Positions 18,342 to 27,789 of a stretch of 49,925 nt of DNA are shown in pieces. Every line of letters starts with the position of its first letter. The first letter of the stretch is position 1. The notes beneath the pieces were generated by a model. That model had not been told where the DNA came from and searched no databases. It saw nothing but the letters and a program-made list of their open reading frames with translations. The stretch comes from Parcubacteria group bacterium (GTDB lineage Bacteria > Patescibacteriota > Minisyncoccia > 2-02-FULL-40-12), in assembly GCA_016186395.1 (NCBI GenBank), contig JACPLU010000007.1, positions 1 through 49,925 of the forward strand, given 5' to 3'. A program made the translations under genes and the position numbers.

Positions 18342-18456
18342 GACCTATGACACTTTTGTTTTTTCAATAACTGCGTATATTTTTTGTTGGAAAGGTATAC
18401 TTTTCATTTTTTAAATATTAGTATTAATATCACAATAATAGAATAATTACAGAGGA

Positions 18457-18792
18457 TTGAAAATGAAGTTAGAAGAGTTCTTTAAAAATTTGGCCAAAAT
18501 AAAAGGAGAATATAACTGGTATATTACCCACGGTGAACTGATCAGAGCAAATAGAAAAACAAATAAATCAATAACCTATTGTCCAGTAACGGCAATGTAC
18601 CGGTCACTAAAAAATAAAACTCTTAATACTTATAGCATAGAAAAAGCGGGTACAAAGTTAGGACTTTCAATACGAGATCTGACTAAAATCCAAAATGCTT
18701 CAGATTTTGAAGGCCCAATTTCAGAAACCCGCAAGAGAATCCTTGAAATACTTAAACCTGAAAAAAGAAAAGATATACCTTCTTTACTTTAA
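18457..18792 (+). CDS. Hypothetical basic protein
   Basis: 111-aa ORF with GAGGA upstream; no recognised motif. Confidence 0.6.
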   Translation: MKMKLEEFFKNLAKIKGEYNWYITHGELIRANRKTNKSITYCPVTAMYRSLKNKTLNTYSIEKAGTKLGLSIRDLTKIQNASDFEGPISETRKRILEILKPEKRKDIPSLL

Positions 18793-18877
18793 TAACCCTA
18801 GCCCTTCGGCGATTCGACCACTTCGACAGGCTCAGGACAAGCAAGCTCACCGCAAGCTGCGCTCAAGGTTGAAATTT

Positions 18878-20710
18878 TTACTTTAACATCCTCAACATCT
18901 TCTCTAACGGCCACGCATTAATCACGTGGTTTTTTGTTGCCCAACCACGACGAGCTTGGGCTATACCATATTCCAACCAGCCAAAATGTGAAATATTATG
19001 AGCATCCGAATTTATGGCAAATTTTATTCCACCCATATCAACCGCTTTTCGAATATACTCATCTTTTAAATCTAACCGATCTGGACCAGCATTTATTTCC
19101 AAAACAGTTTTTGTAAGCTTTGCGGCTTTTAATATTTCGTCTATATCAAGTTTAATTGCTTCTCTGCGACCGATAATCCGTCCAGTTGGATGAAAAATGA
19201 TATCTACGTTTTGGTTTTCCATAGCACGAATTACTCTAGCGGTTTGTTCTTTTTCTGAAAGATTAAAATGAGAATGAACAGATGCACCAACAACATCTAA
19301 CTTTGCCAATACTTCATCTACGATATCTAATGAACCATCTTTTAAAATATTTACTTCCGCGCCTTTGAGAACGTGAAACTTGGAACCTACCCGCCCCGCT
19401 TCGCTTGGCGAGGCCGGGGAAACATGAAACTCCTTATTGATTTTATCTATTTCAGTCATTTGTTTAAGCAACTTCTTTTCGTCGCTTCCACCAGTCATGG
19501 CTAAAGATTTGGTATGATCTGTAATACAAATATATTCAAGACCGGCTTTCTTTGCAGCCTCGGCCATTTCTTTAATTGAATTTTCTCCGTCAGTCCAATT
19601 TGTTTGAGTTTGTAAATCCCCCTTTATTGAATTATAAGAAATAAGATCTGGCAGTTTTCTTTCTTGGCCAGCTTCAATTTCTCCATGATTTTTTCTAATT
19701 TCTGGCGGGGGATAACTCATACCAAGTGCCTCATAAATTTCTTCCTCTGTTTTCCCTGCAACTAATTTTTTGTCCTTATATAAACCGTACTCATTAAGCT
19801 TATAGCCTTTTTCCGCCCGAGGCGGATCCATCTTTGGCGGAGAATTTTTAATTTTGTATAACCCATACTCATTTAATGTATATCCCTTACTAAGAGCTAT
19901 CTCTCGCAATTTAATATTATGATATTTATCGCCGGTAAAATACTGCAATGCCGCACCGAATGATTCCGGCGGCAAAACCCGTAAATCCGCATCCATCCCA
20001 ATATCTAAACGAACGGTAGATTTTGTTTCACCTTTACCATATACCGCCATTACTTCTGGCATAGAAACAAAAAAGTCCATCACTTCTGATGGTTTTTTTG
20101 AAATGACAAGAATATCCAAGTCACCAATTGTTTCCTGCATTCGCCTTAATGACCCGGCAGGCATGACTTTTTCAACTCCAGGTACTTTTTCAAGTCTTTC
20201 TATAATCCTACGGGCAATCGGCAGTACTTCGCCAAGATTAAACCTCCCATGACTTTGTTTTAAAAAAGAAATGCTTTGTAATAGTTTTTGTTCTGTTTTT
20301 TCACCAAAACCCTCAATATCGCGAAGCTTATGACTGACAAGTGCTTTTTCTAATTGAGCGACCGTTTCGATATCTAACTTTTTATAAAGTTTTAAAATTT
20401 TCTTTGGGCCCAAACCTTCAATTTTACTTAAATTCTCTAAATCAACTGGAACTTCTTTTTTAAGTTTATCAAAATCTTCTACATGTCCGGTTTTAATATA
20501 TTCCTCAATTCGTTCAGAAATTCCCTTACCTACACCAGGAATTGCCTCAAGTCCTTTAATCCCCGATTTTTTATAAATCTCAACCACATCTTCACTTAAA
20601 GTTTCAATTGCATACGCTGCTTTTTCAAAAGCTCGAGGCTTAAAAGGAATTTCTTTCATATCCAAAAGAATAGCTACTTCATTTAATAATTTTGCTAATT
20701 TTTCATTCAT
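18878..20710 (-). CDS. polX: DNA polymerase X / PHP-domain protein
   Basis: HhH motifs, GSLRR..TIGDLDIL, YFTG..HN, LNEYGL, C-terminal PHP (ITDH, FHPTGR, NSDAH). Confidence 0.96.
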   Translation of the reverse strand: MNEKLAKLLNEVAILLDMKEIPFKPRAFEKAAYAIETLSEDVVEIYKKSGIKGLEAIPGVGKGISERIEEYIKTGHVEDFDKLKKEVPVDLENLSKIEGLGPKKILKLYKKLDIETVAQLEKALVSHKLRDIEGFGEKTEQKLLQSISFLKQSHGRFNLGEVLPIARRIIERLEKVPGVEKVMPAGSLRRMQETIGDLDILVISKKPSEVMDFFVSMPEVMAVYGKGETKSTVRLDIGMDADLRVLPPESFGAALQYFTGDKYHNIKLREIALSKGYTLNEYGLYKIKNSPPKMDPPRAEKGYKLNEYGLYKDKKLVAGKTEEEIYEALGMSYPPPEIRKNHGEIEAGQERKLPDLISYNSIKGDLQTQTNWTDGENSIKEMAEAAKKAGLEYICITDHTKSLAMTGGSDEKKLLKQMTEIDKINKEFHVSPASPSEAGRVGSKFHVLKGAEVNILKDGSLDIVDEVLAKLDVVGASVHSHFNLSEKEQTARVIRAMENQNVDIIFHPTGRIIGRREAIKLDIDEILKAAKLTKTVLEINAGPDRLDLKDEYIRKAVDMGGIKFAINSDAHNISHFGWLEYGIAQARRGWATKNHVINAWPLEKMLRMLK

Positions 20711-20797
20711 TAATTAGAAGATAACATTTATGCCCAAACTAAAAAAGAGCCAATAAAGGCTCATCAAAAATAAGTAAAAAATTTATTCTAGAGCTTG

Positions 20798-21430
20798 CTA
20801 AATTTTTTTGATTATAGTATCAACCCGTGAATGCAATTGTTCAATCGTCCCGTTGTTATCAATTGTGGCAAATAATGGAATCTTCGAAAAATCAACTGTT
20901 TTTTCAAACTCGGCACGATCCCATACGTTCTGAACCATCTTTTCTGCGGTATTCACCCGAATCTCTCCAGGCGTAGATATCCAATTTTCGTCCTCGTACT
21001 TTTTTCGCATCCGTTCTGCGGCGATTACCGAGTCTGTCATAACTCGAACATAAAATACTGGTACCGAAAACTGGCTGGCGACTGATTCAATATTTTGACG
21101 ATCTTTTTCATCTAAAGCATTTCCGTCAAGAACCACTCCATACCCTTGCTCAAACAGTTTCTGCATTGAAAAACGCAAGAGGATCCGTACGTTCTCACCC
21201 CATTCCAGTGTATTATCACGTAAAATGCTTCGGGCATCATTTGCGCTAACAAGTACCGATGCCATACCTTGAACAACTTTCAGCCTTTTTGCAATAGTTG
21301 TTCGTCCTGATCCAGGAATTCCAATCAAGGCAACCACAAATGGCTTATTTCCTTTCTCGTAAAATTGCGGAACTAAAAATCGTTCATAAAAACTTTGCGC
21401 AACATTTGTTAAAAATTTTTCTTTATCCAC
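20798..21430 (-). CDS. P-loop kinase-like protein (AAA_33-like)
   Basis: GIPGSGRTT Walker A variant, VVLDG. Confidence 0.7.
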   Translation of the reverse strand: MDKEKFLTNVAQSFYERFLVPQFYEKGNKPFVVALIGIPGSGRTTIAKRLKVVQGMASVLVSANDARSILRDNTLEWGENVRILLRFSMQKLFEQGYGVVLDGNALDEKDRQNIESVASQFSVPVFYVRVMTDSVIAAERMRKKYEDENWISTPGEIRVNTAEKMVQNVWDRAEFEKTVDFSKIPLFATIDNNGTIEQLHSRVDTIIKKI

Positions 21431-21448
21431 GTTTGTAAAACCTCACCC

Positions 21449-21646
21449 CTAAACATGGCTTGTTTTATCAAGAAAATTCTTAAACACTTTCCCGCACCAA
21501 CGACAAAAAGAAAGCTTACCCTTTATAACAGACTCAACGGAATGGCCACTTTTTTTGCAAAGACTCTCGCGATAATAACGCTTGTCCTCACCTGAAAGAG
21601 GCACTATTTCTGGGATTTTTGCTTTTGTTCTAGGCTGATTTCTCAT
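21449..21646 (-). CDS. Small hypothetical protein with C...H...CxxC putative zinc site
   Basis: LCKKSGH and FCRWCGK; ATG start; ends just before the next gene's RBS. Confidence 0.55.
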   Translation of the reverse strand: MRNQPRTKAKIPEIVPLSGEDKRYYRESLCKKSGHSVESVIKGKLSFCRWCGKVFKNFLDKTSHV

Positions 21647-21703
21647 GTCCTAAAACCATAGCATGTTTATTTAAATTGCACCATATGAATCTGTAAAATA
21701 ATT

Positions 21704-21836
21704 TTACCCCGCCTCTTTAATCAATAAAATATCTTCTTGAGAATACAAAGTATTTACGGCCACTGCGTCGAGCTAAGCTCGACTTCGTTTTAAGCAATTT
21801 AAATTACATTGAGTCCCGGAAAAAGAGACGGGGTAA
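21704..21836. repeat. MITE/REPIN-like element with terminal inverted repeats
   Basis: ttaccccgcctcttt/aaagagacggggtaa; nested gtcgagctaagctcgac. Confidence 0.65.
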
Positions 21837-21882
21837 GTTTTTGTGGCTACTCTCCGCCCTAGGGCGGATTGTAGACAAAATC

Positions 21883-22542
21883 TTACTTTAAATCATTTAT
21901 TTCAGAAAGAGATTGGAATCTTTCTTTGTGAATTCTGCGCATCTCTTTAAGGGTATGAGTACTTCGATAAATTGGCAAAAGAATAAAAGAGCCCGCAAGT
22001 CCCATAATACTTACGATTATAAACAATGTATTGAAACCAAAGTTCGTAGCAATAATTGAACCAATGTAAGCGCTTAATGCAGTTCCTGTACCAATAGCAA
22101 CATCCTCAACTGACCATTCATAACCAACTTTTCCCTTATCAATATGATTAGTAAAAAGAATCCTCCATCCTGGTACAGCCATAGAATTAACAAGACCATT
22201 TATTGCCTGAAGAATATAAATATGCCAGGGCTTTGATGAGGCTATAAAAAGCAAAGGAATAATTGATAAAAGAATAGAACCGATAAACATGAAGTAAAAT
22301 TCATCTCTTTCACCGTCAGTTCTATCCATATAACGGCTTAAAGGAACCGTGGTTAAAGCCCGCACGATCCAATAAGTAGTTGCGGCAAGACCGATAACTT
22401 CTAAATTTCCGCCTTGAATTTGTTTTGTGATGAATATCGCGAAAATAGGTGCAAAAAGACCAACCGCAAAAAGAATAATAAAATCGGACAAAATTAAAAC
22501 CCGAACAATTTTATTTATAGAAAGATTAATACTAATCCGCAT
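21883..22542 (-). CDS. Half-size MFS-type transporter
   Basis: About six hydrophobic helices; MFS motif A-like SRYMDRTDG. Confidence 0.7.
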   Translation of the reverse strand: MRISINLSINKIVRVLILSDFIILFAVGLFAPIFAIFITKQIQGGNLEVIGLAATTYWIVRALTTVPLSRYMDRTDGERDEFYFMFIGSILLSIIPLLFIASSKPWHIYILQAINGLVNSMAVPGWRILFTNHIDKGKVGYEWSVEDVAIGTGTALSAYIGSIIATNFGFNTLFIIVSIMGLAGSFILLPIYRSTHTLKEMRRIHKERFQSLSEINDLK

Positions 22543-22626
22543 TAGTTTTTAGTTTAACAAAACAAATACACCCGGGCAACTGCCCGGATGTATTAATTAT
22601 CAAAACCTTATACAAATAAAGAATGT

Positions 22627-23886
22627 TTAGGGTAACCTCGGGAATCCATAACCGCTACCATTATCTTCACCAACTCCAACATCATCAGTAATTCCACCAG
22701 CATCAGGCGTTACTTTTTCTATTACATCAAATACAAGACTTTTAAGATACGCCCGCGTAAGTGTAGCCGCAGTTGATGTTGAACCGGCTAACGGAGTTTG
22801 CCACAACTTAGCAGCAAGACCAGTTATATGAGGCGTAGCCATTGAGGTGCCGGATAAAACCATATAACCTCCGTTTTTCCAGGTTGATTCCACATTAACA
22901 CCAGGCGCAGCAAATTCCATATCTTTTTCTTCTATAATTTCGGCTGTAGTAGTGGAGTTAATGCCACGAGAACTCCAATCAGAAACTTTCAATAAATTAT
23001 CAACGGATCCCACTGATACAACTGATGCATTGGCTCCGGGATAATCAATACTTGAAGCATATGGCCCGTCATTACCGCCTGCCGCAACCACTAAAACACC
23101 CTTACCAACAGCATACGTGATTCCATTTCTAATAAACGAACTGTCAACGTCTGCTCCAAGACTCATGTTAACCACATTAGCTCCTTGATCCGCAGCGGTT
23201 TTTAAAGCAACCTGAATGTCGTCTGCCCAACAAGAACCGTCATTTCCACATACTTTATAGGCAAAAAGTTTTGCCTCTGGCGCGACACCATAAACTCCCA
23301 AGTGATCTGACCCGCCATCAGCCAAAATAGTACCTGAAACATGAGTGCCGTGACCATTCTTATCATCGCATTTGTCTTCTACAAAAGAAGACCGAGTGCT
23401 AAAGTCCTTACATTGAGCAATTCTACTTTTTAAATCAGGATGAGTTCTCAAAACACCCGTATCTAAAACTGCCACATTGATACCAGCTCCGCCTGAAGTT
23501 TGGGTCAAAAGTAAATTATTATAAACTGCCTCTATACCCCATGGCGTTTGATCGGTTGGAGTCAGCCGAGTTGTGGGTTTTCCAGCTACTTCCGGCTTTT
23601 TATTTACTTCCGTGGGAAGTATATGCAAAAGGTCAACTGGTTCAATCTCTAAACCAAAGATGCGGGCAAGACCAACTTGAAAATCACTTATGTCTGCCGT
23701 GAAGCCTCCTTCCTCTTCAAAGACATGCCTTGCTCCAAGCGCATTTTTCCAAAACCCGCTTGTTGATTTCACAAAATAACGCGGCCCACCGTCCTTTTCA
23801 GCCGCCCTTGAAAATTGAGTTGAAAAGATAAAAATAAGACTAAAAATTAGTATAAAAAGTATAGTTTTTTTCATTTTTTGAGCCAA
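22627..23886 (-). CDS. Secreted subtilisin-like serine protease (S8)
   Basis: Signal peptide; VAVLDTG, HGTHVSG, SGTSMATPH catalytic triad motifs. Confidence 0.95.
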   Translation of the reverse strand: MAQKMKKTILFILIFSLIFIFSTQFSRAAEKDGGPRYFVKSTSGFWKNALGARHVFEEEGGFTADISDFQVGLARIFGLEIEPVDLLHILPTEVNKKPEVAGKPTTRLTPTDQTPWGIEAVYNNLLLTQTSGGAGINVAVLDTGVLRTHPDLKSRIAQCKDFSTRSSFVEDKCDDKNGHGTHVSGTILADGGSDHLGVYGVAPEAKLFAYKVCGNDGSCWADDIQVALKTAADQGANVVNMSLGADVDSSFIRNGITYAVGKGVLVVAAGGNDGPYASSIDYPGANASVVSVGSVDNLLKVSDWSSRGINSTTTAEIIEEKDMEFAAPGVNVESTWKNGGYMVLSGTSMATPHITGLAAKLWQTPLAGSTSTAATLTRAYLKSLVFDVIEKVTPDAGGITDDVGVGEDNGSGYGFPRLP

Positions 23887-23999
23887 AACTGTGCCTTTTA
23901 CAGCACTTATTTTAATCTAATTAAATTAACCTATTTATAATTCAAGCTATCAACTAAAAACGATAAAGTCAATCCTGACTATCCACACCCTGTTAACTA

Positions 24000-24680
24000 T
24001 TATTGGTCTTTATTGCTAAGTACCTGATCTAATTTTTCCTTAATAATTCCGTTAATTTCCCTTAATTTGGCATCCAATTTGATAAGCCTGATAAATTTAC
24101 TTTTCATAACTATTTTAAAGATTATAACTAAAGCCATAGCCCCTCCCAAAAATATTATAAAGTAAGTAAAGTTTTTTAAGAAAAGCCTTAAAGCTTCAAA
24201 ACTTTCACCAAAGAAATAACCAACAAAAACTGTAAGAAGGGTCCATCCTAGTGATCCGTAAAAATTGTATTTTGTAAACTGTTTTAAATTGTATTTTAAA
24301 GACCCGGCCATGATTAAAGCCGCTATCTGCAAAGAAAAGGTTAATTTAGTAATCATAATTGTTCTGCCACTATAACGATTAAAATAATCCGTGACTTTTT
24401 CTATAACATCGTGGCTTAACTTTTCCCTATGTCCCCACTTATCCAAGGACTTTGCCCCACCCCAAAAACCAACTGCATACCAAACGTAACCGTTCAAAGT
24501 ATGGCCTACTAACATTATTAAAAGAACCAACCAAAGATTAACTGCATTCAAAGAAGCCAAGAATCCACCAAAAACCATTGTATTAAGTCCCTCAATAAAA
24601 GAACCTAAAAACAAAAAAAGATACTTATACGAGATAAGCCATGGAAGATTAATCTGTAAAAAATGTAATATATTCTCCAA
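24000..24680 (-). CDS. DedA-family membrane protein
   Basis: FLGSFIEG, WYAVGFWGG, AGSLKY..F..YN pattern. Confidence 0.85.
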   Translation of the reverse strand: MENILHFLQINLPWLISYKYLFLFLGSFIEGLNTMVFGGFLASLNAVNLWLVLLIMLVGHTLNGYVWYAVGFWGGAKSLDKWGHREKLSHDVIEKVTDYFNRYSGRTIMITKLTFSLQIAALIMAGSLKYNLKQFTKYNFYGSLGWTLLTVFVGYFFGESFEALRLFLKNFTYFIIFLGGAMALVIIFKIVMKSKFIRLIKLDAKLREINGIIKEKLDQVLSNKDQ

Positions 24681-24705
24681 GTTAGACTCCAGAAATTAAT
24701 TTAAA

Positions 24706-25983
24706 CTAAATTGGAAGCGCTGTTTGATTTTCAAAACCATCTCTTTCATCTCCAACAAATATCTGAACTTTCCCGTATTCGCCGTCATAACCAGGTTCAA
24801 TGTTTAGCTTACCGTCTCTGACTCGCATGATAGCCTCTGTTATTTGACCTGTTGTAATTGACGCCAACTTTTCTTTTGTTGACTCAAAAAGAACCTGAAA
24901 TTCGTTACCTATATTTTTTATAAGCTTATCATATTCTTTCCACACCGCTTTTGAGGCTACGCCCAGGTCTAAAGCATCACCTATAATTTGATCCAGAGGA
25001 ACCATATTTTTGAAAGGAATTGCGTTACTGGGTTTCTCTCCTTGTGGCCTATCAGCCAATTCTTCAACTCTGGCCATCACACCTATTGTTAATGGTTTTG
25101 AGCAATGAGGACATAAAAAGTTAGTTTTCTTTGACTGGTCCGGATGAAACGACACTCCGCAGGCTCTGTGGCCGTCATAATGATATCTTCCTTCTTCAGG
25201 AAAATACTCAATAGTAGACAAAAACTTTTTAGGGTCTTTGTACCTTATCGCATCAAAAATACCTTTATAACTAAGCTCGGTATCAAAAATATTTGCCTCT
25301 CGTCCAATCCTAACTAAAGAATGAGAATCTGAATTAGAAATCAAAGCTATATTATCAAGCTGAGAAACCCGCCAATTCATAGCTGGATCCGACGATATTC
25401 CGGTTTCTATCGAATAAATATAGGGAGTTAACTCGTCAAAACACTCTTCAATGGTATCAAAACCGGATTTTGAACCAAAAATTGAAAACCAAGGAGTCCA
25501 AGCATGGGCTGGAATAAAAAGAACTTCAGGATTGACCGACAAAGCCATTTTCAAAAGTTCTTTAGAACCAACCCCTACAATAGGACGGCCGTCAGAAGCA
25601 AGATTGCCTCTTAAACCAAGAAGAATATTAAATTTTTCTACATCATCAACCGATGGAAAAAATATTAAATTGTGAATACGACGTACTTTACCTTTTTTAG
25701 AGTAGATACTAGAAACTTCCGCACTTAAAATAAAACGTACTTCTGGAACACCTTCAACAATAGCTGGAATTTGAAACTTTGGATTTAATTTATAAAGCCC
25801 GTTTTCTGCAGGAATTAACTTTGTCTTAATTTCCTTAAACCATTTTGGGTGGGTAAAATCTCCAGTTCCCAAAACCTGAATTCCTTTAATGCGTCCCCAC
25901 TTATCCAAATTCTCAAAAGTCATCTGCTTTGAAACTGCACGAGCATAAGGAGAATGAATATGAAAATCAGCAATAAAACGCAT
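24706..25983 (-). CDS. Endonuclease Q-family PHP protein
   Basis: ADFHIHS, GTGDFTHP, PAHAWTPW, SNSDSHS, GRYHYDGHRAC, CPHC, PGYDGEYG. Confidence 0.9.
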   Translation of the reverse strand: MRFIADFHIHSPYARAVSKQMTFENLDKWGRIKGIQVLGTGDFTHPKWFKEIKTKLIPAENGLYKLNPKFQIPAIVEGVPEVRFILSAEVSSIYSKKGKVRRIHNLIFFPSVDDVEKFNILLGLRGNLASDGRPIVGVGSKELLKMALSVNPEVLFIPAHAWTPWFSIFGSKSGFDTIEECFDELTPYIYSIETGISSDPAMNWRVSQLDNIALISNSDSHSLVRIGREANIFDTELSYKGIFDAIRYKDPKKFLSTIEYFPEEGRYHYDGHRACGVSFHPDQSKKTNFLCPHCSKPLTIGVMARVEELADRPQGEKPSNAIPFKNMVPLDQIIGDALDLGVASKAVWKEYDKLIKNIGNEFQVLFESTKEKLASITTGQITEAIMRVRDGKLNIEPGYDGEYGKVQIFVGDERDGFENQTALPI

Positions 25984-26027
25984 AATACCAAGTATAATAA
26001 AAACCGTTTCTTTTGGAAACGGCTTGA

Positions 26028-27248
26028 CTATTCTGGAACTCTTAACACGAATAATCCACCTTTTTCATAGTCAGAATCAGAAATAAAAATATATCCGCGT
26101 TGTTCCTCCACATATACATCATTAACCCCACCAAATGGGTTACTTGTATTGCCGCTATTAGTAAAAAAATGAGCAACCTCATATGGAAAAAGTGGATTTT
26201 CAATATTTATGACGCGCAAACCGCCTGTATGCCATGCACAATAGGCCAAATTTCGCCTAATCAGAACCTTACTAAGAACAGCTTTATCATCAACTGTAGA
26301 AATTTTAAATTCTTTTACCAGTCTGGGATTATATATATCAAGCAAATCAAAAGTTAATAAATAACCGCCGATTGTTCTATCAACCACTAAAAAATATCTA
26401 TTGTCTTTCGTAAGCCAACCACTAAAAAGAAAAGCTTTAGGAACGTAAACTCTGGTTAGAAATTCTATTTTTTGAGGATCTTTAACATTAAGAATATCAA
26501 AGAACCCGCCTGATTTATAAAATACAAAACATATCTCACCTCTGGCAAAGCTTGAAGAAACACCTTCACCGTAAACACCAATTTCTTGAGGTCTTTCTGG
26601 ATCCGACAAATCCAATATTTTCATACCACCAAGACTAGAAGCGGAATCAACTCCAGATACATACATACGAGTTGCATCAGAGTCTATAAAGACACTCCGG
26701 GCAGTGGTGAAGTTTCTTTCATCAGAGAGAAAATTTCCCTCTTTGTCATAAAGGATTGATAAATCAAGTATTTGCATACCGTTAGGAAAATGGAAAAACT
26801 TTCCTTCGGTAACAACATATAAATAGGTGCGACCTGACTTTTGATCGAAATATGTTCCCATATCGCGCCACTGTGAATTCGGACCCGTAAGAAAAGCGAT
26901 CTCTTCACCACTTCCATTTTGGTTAGGTACGGTTGCTTTGATAATAGAAACTCCATTAAGAGTTCCCAAAAAAGCAAGAGAATCACCATTTATCTCAACC
27001 CCGGAGGAACTTAGATATGTAGTAAAAAATTCATCCCGAAAACGAAGAAAAAGTTCAAGCTCTTTTGACTCTTGAGTTTGTAAACTTCCAGCAGTTATCT
27101 TAGTCTGATAAAAAAAATGCATCCCAACTAACAAAAATATCAAAAAAATAAATGCCGATTTTGACTTCATAATTAACCTCTTAAACTGTAAATGAACATT
27201 ATATAAGTTAACCCTAGTATTGTTTGTACTCAAGGTCAATCCCGTCAA
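26028..27248 (-). CDS. Secreted LVIVD-repeat beta-propeller-like protein (start likely at MKSKSAF)
   Basis: Repeats GMQILDLS, GMKILDLSDPERP, GLRVINIENP; N-terminal hydrophobic segment. Confidence 0.75.
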   Translation of the reverse strand: MTGLTLSTNNTRVNLYNVHLQFKRLIMKSKSAFIFLIFLLVGMHFFYQTKITAGSLQTQESKELELFLRFRDEFFTTYLSSSGVEINGDSLAFLGTLNGVSIIKATVPNQNGSGEEIAFLTGPNSQWRDMGTYFDQKSGRTYLYVVTEGKFFHFPNGMQILDLSILYDKEGNFLSDERNFTTARSVFIDSDATRMYVSGVDSASSLGGMKILDLSDPERPQEIGVYGEGVSSSFARGEICFVFYKSGGFFDILNVKDPQKIEFLTRVYVPKAFLFSGWLTKDNRYFLVVDRTIGGYLLTFDLLDIYNPRLVKEFKISTVDDKAVLSKVLIRRNLAYCAWHTGGLRVINIENPLFPYEVAHFFTNSGNTSNPFGGVNDVYVEEQRGYIFISDSDYEKGGLFVLRVPE

Positions 27249-27307
27249 AATAGGTAAACAAAAAAAACCGCGAACAGCGGTTTAAGTCTTTGTTAAAATC
27301 CGAAGAA

Positions 27308-27658
27308 CTAATTCAGATTAGGATCACCTCTTTCTTTCCTTAAGCTAGCGTCTGGAGGAATTATAGGAATATCACTTTCAGTGTAAAACGGCATACCGAA
27401 ATACGTTCTATTTTGTCTAAAACCTCTTTCTGACTCTTTAGCTCTATCTGCTCTCTTAATTTCATGCAAAAACATAAAGAATGTAAGAACTGCCAGTAAT
27501 AAAACGACCCCGCCTAGAAAAATTATAATGGTATAATCGGAACGAACTGTTAAAAATAAAATACCATACTCCATATTTCTATCTCCTTTTAAATTTTTAA
27601 AGAATTCCTTCGTATCTGTAATAATGATAAATATAACTTTTTTGGTCAAAACCCTCAC
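27308..27658 (-). CDS. Small membrane hypothetical protein (start likely at MEYG)
   Basis: One TM segment; AGGAG upstream of the internal Met. Confidence 0.5.
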   Translation of the reverse strand: MRVLTKKVIFIIITDTKEFFKNLKGDRNMEYGILFLTVRSDYTIIIFLGGVVLLLAVLTFFMFLHEIKRADRAKESERGFRQNRTYFGMPFYTESDIPIIPPDASLRKERGDPNLN

Positions 27659-27789
27659 CTGATAATGAGCGTACTGATCGTGCCCAATCGGTAACTAAAT
27701 ACTAAGAATTATTAGCTTGACCTTATGTTTATGAGAGTAGAACCAAGTTATCACTGAATTACAAAAATGACAACAATTACAAAATCCCC

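Larger units (their letters stand above)
14511..18353 (+). repeat. Seven same-orientation copies of a CCCATGACAC-type motif at gene boundaries (about 14511, 15190, 16179, 16490, 17389, 17812, 18344)
   Basis: cccacggcac, tcatgacccatgacacttttgt, tatctcccatgacac, tcataacccatgatac, cccatgacccacac, tatctcccatgacat, tcatgacctatgacacttttgt. Confidence 0.8.

Noticed and set aside
14511..18353. CRISPR array or classical integron attC sites
   Set aside because: Repeats are only about 10-22 nt and spaced 0.3-1 kb apart; no cas or intI gene; no attC-type hairpin ends.
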